This document shows positions 12,601 through 21,776 of a stretch of DNA of 43,162 nucleotides, in pieces (the stretch's first letter is position 1; each line of letters starts with the position of its first letter). The position numbers and the translations under genes are program-made. Location: contig UYFQ01000507.1 in NCBI GenBank assembly GCA_900617105.1, forward strand, positions 1 to 43,162, in the 5' to 3' direction. The stretch is from Hydrurus foetidus. Lineage: Eukaryota. A model generated the notes under the pieces. It saw only the letters and a list, made by a program, of their open reading frames with translations. It was not told where the DNA came from and did no database searches.

Positions 12601-13389
12601 ATATCGAGTCTCTACACGATTGTCGGCGAAGACATGGCCAAGATGAGGATGTGTCAGTATATCTGTAGTTGTACCATCCTGAAGAGCAAGTAGCCCTATT
12701 CGGGTGCTGGCACTGTCGCATATCTTGTTTTTACGTTGATGGTAGGCGGCATTGTGGTGTTGGAGAGAACGAGTTGCTCGTTCAATATCCTTAAGATTGC
12801 ACTGACTGTGAAGTACTTGAATTTCGACTGTAAGATCTCTCAAATGTGTTTCAAGATCATTTGTGATCGAGAGTTCGCGAGATTGAGTCACGGAGTCTGC
12901 AAACAGATCATAGAAGGGGCCGATAAGGTCAACTAAGCCGATGATAATGTCATGACTAAGAACGTCGAGAACGCTATACCATAGACAGTGTTGGTGGTTG
13001 TTACTTGCGGAGTCAAGTATACCGACAGTAAGAGGAACCTCGAGCTCAATCGATAGGGAGCGTGCATCACCTAGGCGGACGATGCGATCAATGGAGCGAC
13101 TGAGGTCAGTGATAGTTGAAGGTAGGCGGTTATAAACGTCACGGGAGATAAAGTTACTTCCTTGAGCTCCTGTATCAAGTAGACCGCGATCGAATAGGAT
13201 TGGATCGGTATCAGTTATGATGATACCAGAGCGAATAAATGGTTGGCAAAGTGTCTGCGAGGGTGTTGAAGTAGCAGATGCTAGTTGGTTGAGTAAAGCT
13301 TCTGTAATAACGTTGTCGGGGTCAAAGACATTTGCGTGTTGGAGATCTGGGGGAGAGGCGAGGTGATCTTCCGTGTGCATTTCAGCCAT
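9610..13389 (-). CDS. Gypsy B Pol (PR-RT-RH-IN-chromodomain), 1259 aa
   Basis: LLDTGA; LCGDYR, DLDMTNSFHQ, VIFDN; SDSS/EAYA/TDH/ADWLSR; HGGRSLHHG..CPIC, FDH/SDPG; LLGPY; EYIIDSV..FLIRW..DTWEP. Confidence 0.95.
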   Translation of the reverse strand: MAEMHTEDHLASPPDLQHANVFDPDNVITEALLNQLASATSTPSQTLCQPFIRSGIIITDTDPILFDRGLLDTGAQGSNFISRDVYNRLPSTITDLSRSIDRIVRLGDARSLSIELEVPLTVGILDSASNNHQHCLWYSVLDVLSHDIIIGLVDLIGPFYDLFADSVTQSRELSITNDLETHLRDLTVEIQVLHSQCNLKDIERATRSLQHHNAAYHQRKNKICDSASTRIGLLALQDGTTTDILTHPHLGHVFADNRVETRYDALSALLCSPDPGDMMQPWSKPIDSLAPEELNTPDPTSFPDDILAYLSTTLKEARAIYTSDLATHVTPQIRAACPAIMELLQSELAHDVFVPSTWKGINMAPCHLDIKPGIPDVLRARARPVRQALYQDAKAEFDRMRTYFYEVSTSPIACPLVIAPKATSPFIRLCGDYRPINPYISIPQEPIPHVQQSLAKAAGWKVFVDLDMTNSFHQIPIDDFSSNLLSVSTPWGLFRPKFLPEGVGPASGILQSIVRRIFADFDDWIIVIFDNFLVLASGYQDALNKLRKVLLRCQSNGLVLKIKKSWIGTDIVTFFGYEVHPGSWQLSDARKSAISSMIFPTSQKQMQSFLGAANFFHTHIPNFASWASALYECTATGFNWDQSTWIKDYEHLFELFKVAITDSVTLHFPDYTLPWIIRSDSSDHAVGAVLFQEFTDSQDTIIHQPIAFASHKYSGAAVNWDTFKKEAYALYYAVTQFGYYLRGKSFLLETDHRNLVWIETSQVPIVVRWRVLLQSYVFTVKHIPGKDNTVADWLSRMHPLTQPPSTLSPMLQSLTTKDMFDAVHGGRSLHHGAKRTYLALCRRFPGHGISVRVVEDLVNECPICQKDRLPLKTIPYNEIRETLFHHPRSIGFDHVSVTPADEDGYIGLLLVVELDTKFPQAYPVKDYSAYTAATVLFKHYCTFGTYDSIYSDPGSAFTADILDHLNRWLGIPHRISLVGRHESNGTEHVNALFLGHLRRLVHDERFTNKWASDTVLPLINHAMMTMPNAEIGGVTPAELKYGTRDYARFHLPPPLSPGHSYGDLVIALDRNLSVVRSITSSYQQTLRLQRLAKTPTHNKYQPGDYLLWNPLETPQSFRSTKLSPKLLGPYEVIKQTKNDITCRHVITNIVSKLHSSRVTPFVGSSDAATSAALLDRDEYIIDSVISHRGDSKRVTSLEFLIRWHNYSSEHDTWEPWAEVKKCQLYMTIYMQTICLILSHDNTNKHLHANDMSNNVNSTQ

Positions 13390-13407
13390 GGAAGGCCTCG
13401 CGAACCC

Positions 13408-15132
13408 CTATTTCTGATATGGGCGCATCGGTGTTGACAATGGAGGAGGTCGTGCTGCTCCTGGCACTTGTGGGGGTCCATAGTGTTTGTATCCATGTGA
13501 GTTGCTCGTTTTAACTCCACTTATCGGTTCCTGTTTGGGTGGAGACCATGGTTCTAGCTGTCCGTGCAGTAGCAATTCACGCTTGGTGAGAAGCGAGAAA
13601 GACTGAATACAGCGTTCCTGGCCGGCGGTTGAGTGATCGAAGGTGCAGCCGGAATGTTGGCGAGCGCATTTGCCGTAGACGAATGCTTCACTGCAGTATC
13701 CACGGAAGGTTGCGGAAACAGCTGATCGGGACCGATGCTGATCGACATTGATCGCAAGAAGAGATTCATCCTCAGGGTCTAGTGTGTCGACACGATCCTG
13801 AGGTCTGTCTTCATGTACTTCATGAATCAGGTCATCTTCATCTTCGAGGTCTTCTTCGTTGCATGCATTCTCGGATGCATTGAACAGTGGGTTAGCAGAC
13901 GTTGCTAGCGACGAGAAGTTTGATTGTGGACGCTGATCGTATTTGCGAGGAGTGACAAATGGCTGACGACCTGTATTGGACACCTGATGTCGGGTATGAG
14001 ATTCGCCTTGAGTGTATCTCAGATCTTCGTAGCGAATAGGAGTGAGCCTGGCGTCCAAGTCCTGTCGTGCTTCGCTTTGAGCACGACCTTCCATTAGTCG
14101 AGCCCTAACAAACTTGACTGCTTGTTCTACAGACTTCTGCTTAATGAGCTCGTCCTTGCTGAGCCATTGTAAGATGGAGTCTTTCTGAGCACCAAGGGAG
14201 ATGAGCCACAAAGCGATTTGGCCAGGGCTGTCTCTTGTGCCGTAACCAGGTACTGGCATCTTGGATTTGTTGGCGCTGTGATTTGAGGTTTCTTCAGACA
14301 TCAGATCATGCAGATGGAGCAAGTCAGTGAGCGACTTCATTAGAGGGGCATAGAAGGTGCTAGAGAAGTTGTCGGTGCTGATTGATGGTGTCTGTGGTAT
14401 TCCTTTGCCAAGAAACAATATTAGTTCCTTGGAGTACAATTCTTTTGTTCGAGGTCGTGCAGCTTCCACGAGGATAGCTTGAACCTCGGAGTTGGTTAAA
14501 GATAACCAATCTTCTACCATGACCTCGTTTGGTTCGGCGCCAGTGATAACTGACTCTCGATACTGGTGTGAGTTCCATGATGCCAATACGTGAGGGCGCA
14601 GGTTGTATGAAACCATGTGGGCCATTTTGATTTCACGTCCTGGATATTTGGAGGAAAGCAATTGAAGTTGGCGAGAAAGGTACTGGAGGCCTTCTAGAGA
14701 ACTGATCTTGAGTTCCTTGTCGTAAACGATGTCAGCTTGGAGGACTTGGATGTTTGGTTTGGTCGGCATGTCTGGTCTATCAGTGTTGTCTGGAAGTGAT
14801 TCCAGATTGTTCGGTTGGTAGTGCGGCATGCCGAAGAACATCGATGATCTTCTCCCGCGATTGCGATCAGGAAGTGGAGTATCGATGAACTCATCACGTA
14901 GTGGAGATTTCAAGTTCGATTTCTTGATTTCCAGGATTGCGTCTTTGAGTTCGCGGATATCGGTGCGATGGCGAAATTGGATTTCGCTACTTGTAGCTAG
15001 GAACTGATGGAACATTTCCTTGAGCTCCAAGATAGGATCATCCGAAGGCTCATCCTCTGGATCTTTCTTTGGGATTCCTTGTCCTTCGGACATTGTTGAA
15101 GGATAGCAGCTGTAGATGTGGTCGATTTGCAA
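13408..15132 (-). CDS. Gypsy B Gag-like protein (probable start MSEGQG)
   Basis: 574-codon ORF between the 5' LTR and pol, in the same frame as pol; C-terminal C-x8-C-x6-C-x3-H. Confidence 0.85.
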   Translation of the reverse strand: MQIDHIYSCYPSTMSEGQGIPKKDPEDEPSDDPILELKEMFHQFLATSSEIQFRHRTDIRELKDAILEIKKSNLKSPLRDEFIDTPLPDRNRGRRSSMFFGMPHYQPNNLESLPDNTDRPDMPTKPNIQVLQADIVYDKELKISSLEGLQYLSRQLQLLSSKYPGREIKMAHMVSYNLRPHVLASWNSHQYRESVITGAEPNEVMVEDWLSLTNSEVQAILVEAARPRTKELYSKELILFLGKGIPQTPSISTDNFSSTFYAPLMKSLTDLLHLHDLMSEETSNHSANKSKMPVPGYGTRDSPGQIALWLISLGAQKDSILQWLSKDELIKQKSVEQAVKFVRARLMEGRAQSEARQDLDARLTPIRYEDLRYTQGESHTRHQVSNTGRQPFVTPRKYDQRPQSNFSSLATSANPLFNASENACNEEDLEDEDDLIHEVHEDRPQDRVDTLDPEDESLLAINVDQHRSRSAVSATFRGYCSEAFVYGKCARQHSGCTFDHSTAGQERCIQSFSLLTKRELLLHGQLEPWSPPKQEPISGVKTSNSHGYKHYGPPQVPGAARPPPLSTPMRPYQK

Positions 15133-15285
15133 AGACTTTTCAATTCAGCTCTCCTAGGGAATTCAATTTACCTCAGAGATTCTAAATCTCGCGGAGCCAG
15201 GGCGATCACTGCTTGCTGGCGGAAAGGAAAGAATCAACTGAGACTTAGACGTTGTCTCGTCTCGTGTAAACTAGAAATATATATT

Positions 15286-15614
15286 TATGCTGTGTCACGG
15301 TTTCAGCAACTGGCTGAAGACGAAGCTTTGAATTTCAAGTTGGGCAAATGGGCGCAACAGGTTGGCTTGTCAGTCAAATGGGACTGATCAAGGAGGTTGG
15401 CTGACTCAATTGAGTCAAAGTTGGTTTGGGTGGTTTAATAACGGTAGTTAATTAAGGTGTGAAAGGAGTGCGAGATTAGAGCTATACGAGCACACTGCAA
15501 CTTGAAGTTTCCGAACAATCAGAAATTGAAAACTGATTCGAAAACTAGTGGTTACAAGCAAAGTTCAATGTGACTGTACGTACGTGTGAGTAATATATAG
15601 TGGAGACTATAACA
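15286..15614 (-). repeat. 5' LTR of Gypsy B
   Basis: Direct repeat of 7659-7987. Confidence 0.95.
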
Positions 15615-15631
15615 GGCCTTGTTGTTCTTGC

Positions 15632-15727
<96 letters not shown>

Positions 15728-17706
15728 GGACTTGCGAGGGTCGTCTTTTGCAGCGGGACCCATGTCATTTTCGACGTCGTCGGTTGGGTAGACGTATGTT
15801 GCCGCGCCAGGATTGTTGGTTGTCCTGGTCATTTCGCCATTGAGTAGGACGTTTGGGACGAAATGGTCGTGGCCAATTCTCCTGAACTCTGTTGCCAACG
15901 TGGATTGACTCCACGTGGTATACGAGTTGTTGCAATGAGGATTCATGAAATTGCGACAATCGTAGCGATTGTGTCCTTGGCGACCGCAGGTGTGGCAATT
16001 ATCGATTGTTTTGCTCAGACCTGGGTAGGCGTCGGATTCGCGTTTGGGTATCGTGCGGTAGGAGGCGGAGAGCTGCGTTGTGTTGCTGGACGACAATGAG
16101 TCGGGGTGATTTTGGTCTCGAAGTCGTAAGCGAAGACCACCCATGTTGGACGCGTTGATAACTGTTTGCCGAGCTTCACTGAGGCAGAGATTCATTCGGC
16201 ACAACATGTTTGGGATGGAATCCTTTTGTTGTTTCTTGTTTTGTCCTTTGTAATGTTCATGAAGTTTTCAGTGAACTTATTATCAAGAGGGAGCTTTTTG
16301 TAGATGATCTTACAGATCTCATGTTGGCGGTCTGCAGGTATATTGTCGTAGCTGCCGTAGTATCCGAAGAGGATGTCTCGGAGTCGTGCAATTGCCGCCA
16401 ACTCTACGTTTGGGTTTTGCCATTTGATCTTCATTTGCCAGTTTTTCAGGGCAAGGTCCAAGTCATAGGTAGACTCTGTGGCGCGATCACTGAAGAATAG
16501 TTTCTTGAGATCGGTGGCCATGTCGCGAATGGACAGGAGTTTGTCGTCGATGATGGGCCAGGTTTGACACATTTTGATTGTGTATCCGAGAGTCTTTCGA
16601 TTTTGAAGGAGACTGTCTCGGATCACATGGACAGCTTCGTCTTCGATGAGATCCTTCCAAGGTGCATTAAACTGAGGGCGGTGCGCCTGTGTATAGAACT
16701 TTCGGGCTGTGCCGTCCATGTCCTTCAGTAATGTCTCACGTGTTACATAGAACACTTCCTTCATGTTGATGAGGGAGGTTGTGAGTGCTTGGGGTGTTCG
16801 TTGTTGTTCGAAGACTGTGTCAGCCTCTTCGGTTTTGCGCTTGCGGTTTGAAGTGGCAGCCGCTTTCGTGGAAGCTGTCGCTGACTTCTTTGCAGCTGCT
16901 ACCGTTGCTTTCGACGTTTTGGATCTGGTGGCACGCGTGGGTTTGTCTTCAGATTGGACGGCAGAGAGTTGTTTTGCCTCCCTTGTTTTGGCAAGGGGTT
17001 TGATTGGCATAGCCTTTTTCTTTTTCGGTTTTGGTGACGGTGGGGTTGACGCTTCCGACTCACTTTGATCTTCCTCGTCCGATTTGGACTTGGTATCGTC
17101 GGGGTTGTTGTCTTCCTCTTCGTCCTCGTCGTTGGTTTGTTCGTCTTCCGCCTCTTCCGAGGCGTTGTCAGACACCGAGACGTTATCATCGTCGGAGAGA
17201 ATTTCCTTCGGAGATATTTTGGTACCGATTTTGTCGTCGCCCTCTTCCGTTTGAGAAGGATTGATATCCTCTTCTTCTTCGGTTTGGGGTCGGATTGGAG
17301 AGCCATCCTCATCTGACTGAGGGTTTAGACTGTGTAAGTCATTTGTCTCTTGCATCCAGGCTGACAAGTCTTTCAGTTCTTGATCTTCGAGATCAGATCT
17401 GTTGTCAGCCTGTTCCTGCAGCACTTCAAGTCGCACGCGATTGCGTTCACGTTCTTGTTGTAGCTCCAGGAAGCGTGCTTCGTTTGCCGCCAATTCGTCG
17501 GATATGCGCGTATGGGTGCTCGAGGCTTTGATAGCCGATTTGCCCAGCGTCTTCATGGAGTTGGCTATATTGTCTTCTCGAGCGAGACGCTCGAGTTTAG
17601 CCTTCTCTTTATCCGATAGGAAGAGGATATTTTGGGGTTTGGAGCGTTTGGAAGACGAGCTAGCTTCGCTAGAGCTCTCTTTCTTGGTTTTTTGGGCCTT
17701 AACCAT
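15615..17706 (-). pseudogene. Gypsy A Gag (frameshift near 16200; continues below 7658)
   Basis: ORFs 16192-17706 and 15545-16207; CCHC knuckle CHTCGRQGHNRYDC; long charged low-complexity N-terminus. Confidence 0.8.
15619..15729. repeat. (TTG)n microsatellite in Gypsy A gag (poly-Asn/Thr)
   Basis: About 110 bp of TTG repeats; similar repeats continue at 7622-7649 on the other side of Gypsy B. Confidence 0.9.
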
Positions 17707-18259
17707 CTTGAAAACTTGGCGTGGGAATTCTCACTGGAACTCTGCGTCTTGGACAGCGACGGAACGCGGACGCGGTGATTCAGGGAAAAGAGGAGTAGGT
17801 TGTTCGAGGGTGAGGACTGGTAGGTAGGATGGGTAAGTGTGGTAGTAGGAGTCAGGGGATTGGAATGGTTTGGTGCGATTTCGGGAGGAAATCGCAACAA
17901 AATTTGGACGTGGGCGGCGGCTTCGTAAGGAACGAAGCTGGGCGTGGGCGCGTTGGATTTCGTTCGTGAACGAGTTTGGGAGGTGTTACTTGCTTGCAAG
18001 TTCCTTTCCTTCGTAAGCCTTCGCGTAGAAGAGCTGCATATTTTGGGAATAAATCGCCAATATTTGAGGTCGCGAACGACTACGATTCAGAGGCTGTCGC
18101 GTTGACGAGACCTTTGTAGTATCGTTTGGGGTGGTTTTCACTCTTGGAGAGTTACTCAACTTGTTCCTCAGACTGTTTTACGGTCGTTGCGGGATTTTTT
18201 GTTGGACGTTTGGTCAACTTGGATCTTAGAGATCGCTAGCTGGTTCCAAATACCGGTAT

Positions 18260-18476
18260 TGTGGCCTTGCCAGGATCTGGGCACTGGGAGCGGGTCAGCT
18301 GGGAGCGGGAGCAAGGGAAAGGAAGCTGGGAGAGCTATTGCTATGGAAACAATGTGGTTAGCTTACAGATAAACACAGCAGGTATCATGGCAATGAATCG
18401 GATGGATCGGATCGTCCTCGATCCGGTCCGAACGTACGCCTGTACCCGTACAGCCCGTACGGGTGTGCGGGTCACA
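18260..18476 (-). repeat. 5' LTR of Gypsy A (217 bp)
   Basis: Direct repeat of 3704-3918. Confidence 0.95.
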
Positions 18477-19255
18477 ACTCTTTTAGGTGGTATCTAACTC
18501 CTCTGTAAGGGGTCAAAACATGCTCACTTAAAGCGTAACATGCATCGCCCAAGTAGTACTTACTAGGCAGTAACGGTAATCCTCTGCCTTTAGAATCATC
18601 AAAAACACGACTGTGTGTGCTAACCCTCCCAACCGAATAGAACAAAGGCAAAAGTAAGGTCAAAATTAGATACTCCTAGCACATTCTGGGTGATAACTTT
18701 TTTCCTATTTCGGTAAGCCTCTTGATCTACGATAGGAATACAAGCAGGAATATGCGTACCATCCAGAGCTCCGATGCAATTATCGAAAAATGGTGAAAAC
18801 TTCGCGGAAGTAGCTATTTGAGACGGTGCTGGTGCACCAATAATTGAAGGCTGGAATACGATTCCGCTGCAACCGATGAGCGCATCGCTTGCCTCGTGAA
18901 TAATCTTCGAAATAGTAGAACCACTGTGTTGCCACCTTTCCTTTATTTGGCGATTGGTATAACCCCTCAGAACTTGCACTAAAACCATGATTTTTTGACC
19001 TGCACAAATATACAAAGAGTCCTCGAGACCATCAGCTTCCATCATCATAATTCTTAATTTAATAAATGTTGATCGATCCATTCTTGCAACCTCGTGAAAC
19101 CTGTGCACGTTGTACGTCTCCATGACTTCAGCAAAGTACAGCTGACCAGTCAAAACAGAGGTGTGTTGGAGTACAGGATTTCGCGCGACATTTTGCAGCG
19201 CACCGACTACGGCAGTGACAACAACTATTGCTTGAAGACCATCATCTTCTTCCAT
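18477..19255 (-). pseudogene. Harbinger transposase (DDE_Tnp_4/HARBI1-like), N-terminal part
   Basis: RMDRSTF, ERWQHSGSTIS, CIGALDGTHIP, QNVL, GWEG (frameshift), YYLGDACY, TPYRGVRYHLKE. Confidence 0.92.
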
Positions 19256-19840
19256 TGCGAAAATATGGATGATACAGTAACACGAGGTGTGCTATCGTGC
19301 TATCTAACGTGCAAGCTATACGTCTTCTAATCTGCGGTTCAACGGTAATTTGGTGGTGTGTCTGTTGTCTGACTCTTAGTCCCCCATTTTTTAAAATTTG
19401 TCCGTTGTCCGAATTCCGGACCCCCCAAAGTTTTTGAAACCGTTCGGTAAATCGAACCCCAAACTATTTTCGTGAAAAATTCAACTTTCCGAAAGTTGAA
19501 ACGGGGGGTCAGATTCAACTTTCGAAAAAACGAGGGTTTTTCCGTGAAATTTACCGAACGCACCTGAAACCTCAGAATCTGAGGTTTCGTTTTCAAGATT
19601 CCAGAATAGTAATTTCGACCCGAGGGGCGCAGCCCCGAGGGATGAAACAATGTAGCCGATTTTACAGTGTCGAGGGTCGAATATTACTTTTTGTTCCGAG
19701 AGATCCTTTAAGTCCCGTTACGGTCATCTTCTGCTGTTGTATTTCTTGCTTAGCTCTAATTTGCTTAGTCGATTTTTAAAGATTTTGAAAGAAATTTTGG
19801 TCTTTTTGGGGTGGATTTAATTATTTTCATATCATTAAAA

Positions 19841-21521
19841 TTAGTTAGCATTCGTGCAAGTGATATTGTTGCAACCAGTAAAAGTGACATTAACAACAAC
19901 ATTTTTCGAACTACTTGAACTTTGATTTGTTGTGTCTTCGGCTGTCAGTTCTGCCTCTTTTTCTTTTCCCGCTGGTAGTGCAACTCTCTTTCTGATGTCG
20001 ACCCCTCCTTCGTTGATTTGGCCTCCCCCAACTGATAGTACATCCGACGCTCTCCTCTTCATTGTCGTCGCTTGGTCGATGTACTGTTGTGCGACAGTGT
20101 CTGATTTGTGTCCTATATGGTATTGTGAAATCGATGTTATGCGGTTTTATTCAGGTGCTTTTTTACTGTTTTGTATTTTACTGTTTTTTTTCCCGCTGGT
20201 AGTGCAACTCTCTTTCTGATGTCGACCCCTTCTTCGTTGATTTGGCCTCCCCCAACTGATAGTATTTCCGACACTCTTCTCTTCATTGTCGTCGATTGGT
20301 CGATGTACTGTTGTGCGACAGTGTCTGATTTGTGTCCTATACGGTATTGTTAAATCGGTGTTATACGGTTTTGTTCAGGTGCTTTTTTACTGTTTTATAT
20401 TTTAATTTCCGTATATCGTTACCTGTCACTAGCTTGATCTCTGCTAATGATATCCCGCTTTCTGCGCACAGGGTCGCTGATGTTCTTCTAAAAGCATGTC
20501 CAGTGTAGAGCTGTTGGTGCTTTAATGTTAAGGCGATGACAATTCTCTTCGCTGCAGCTGCCGTTGTATTCTTTTCTAGAACCTCGTTCGTGAACCGCCA
20601 GGTGACTTCATCTGTATTGTACCCCAAAACACGGAAATATTGACCATTTCTCGTACTTTGTGTAAAGCATTTTTCGTATGCCTCCATTATACCAACTTCA
20701 TGCAAGCCACTTATGTAGGAAGTAACTTTAGTCGGTATATGTTTTAGCGCGTGTATGAGATATTGTGTACAGGATCTCACCGGTATTTTTGTCTTCGGTC
20801 CTTTTTACGTCCTCGCACTGCAGGAATGTTACTTCGCACCATTTAGCAGCGAACGATATCGCAATGACGGTGTAGGCCTTGTCCACCAAATTTTCCAACG
20901 TATGGCTGAGCCCATAGTATCTTATAAGGTCGTCTTTTTCGAACGTATAGGCTCTTTTTACCTCTTTTTCGCTGGTTTCCAACTTGCGGATCATGTTTTC
21001 TATCGCGGGGAGCGATTTTTTAGGTCGGGAGTGACTCTGCAGAACTGTCAAAATTTGGCAAACACCGATAACCATGAACGCAAGGAACTTCCGCAGTAGC
21101 AATGTACTCCATCCTCGTTCCTCTGGAGACCTTTACACTTGAAATGGGCGCACAGGCTATTTTCAAGTGTAAATGTCACGGGAGCTGTCGAGGCGTACGC
21201 CACGAAATCCATCAACCTTTCGTTGTACATCTTCGCCGAGACAACTTTGTTCATGGCTTCTTTCCAATCTTCGCTATTTTGGCCTATCTCCAAGAAACTG
21301 TTCGATTCGAGGTTTAATTCCCTCTCTACAGGGAACCCTGATCGTTGAATTCAGAGATACAGTTAAATTGCATGTTGGAATAGCCATCATTTTACCCGTA
21401 CCTTCTTCGTTCGCTATATAATCTGCATATAAATTGAATTTCACGTCGTCGACGTCTTCGCCGTTCTCATTCTCTCCAGCTGAGTCCTCGAAAGCATCTC
21501 CTGGCTGCTGAAATCATCCAT
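19841..21521 (-). pseudogene. Tyrosine recombinase, spliced and frameshifted
   Basis: SFAAKWCEV (catalytic R position is K), RAKT, YTGHAFRRTSAT; intron 20337-20422 joins VTG|HKSDTVAQQY. Confidence 0.85.
19964..20401. repeat. Tandem duplication, period about 224 bp, of the YR intron end and last exon start
   Basis: GCTGGTAGTGCAACTCTC at 19971 and 20195; both copies encode HKSDTVAQQYIDQ. Confidence 0.9.
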
Positions 21522-21776
21522 TTCTGTGTTATTACGCATTGACTCCAAGTTGCAGTTTAGTATGAGTGGTTGTGTATTGCGTAATTGTACCTTTCAGGAT
21601 GCTTCTTTTTCATGCCACCGAAGTGTTTTTGAGCCTGCTGTCGTTTTACGGTATTCAAAACGGTTTCTACGACGCGTAGCGTCGTTCTGGCGCGGATCCT
21701 TTTCGACCCGCGCGTGAAAACGGTGAAATCTGGCCGGAAGCTCATGACCGGAAAGGGCGCTGGGGCCTTGAGGATA

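Larger units (their letters stand above)
7659..15614 (-). mobile_element. Gypsy (chromovirus-like) LTR retrotransposon B, young and nearly intact
   Basis: 329-bp LTRs 7659-7987 and 15286-15614 with two mismatches seen; TSD GGCC (7655-7658 / 15615-15618; GGCCT also possible); long gag and pol ORFs. Confidence 0.95.
3704..18476 (-). mobile_element. Gypsy (chromovirus-like) LTR retrotransposon A
   Basis: TG...CA LTRs 3704-3918 and 18260-18476; 4-bp TSD ACTC; gag-PR-RT-RH-IN-chromodomain order on the minus strand. Confidence 0.95.
1817..19564. mobile_element. PIF/Harbinger DNA transposon 1, about 3 kb native, interrupted by nested Gypsy elements
   Basis: TIRs GGGTGCGTTCGGTAAA / TTTACCGAACGCACC with TGAA on both flanks (3-bp TSD TGA or GAA ambiguous); convergent Myb/SANT ORF and DDE transposase inside. 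Confidence 0.88.

Noticed and set aside
15600..15843. Poly-V/L/C ORFs
   Set aside because: Translations of the TTG microsatellite
18231..18248. TGGAACCAGCTAGCGATC as a tRNA PBS for Gypsy A
   Set aside because: TGG starts 11 nt from the LTR, too far for a normal PBS, and its complement does not fit a tRNA T-arm/acceptor pattern by eye
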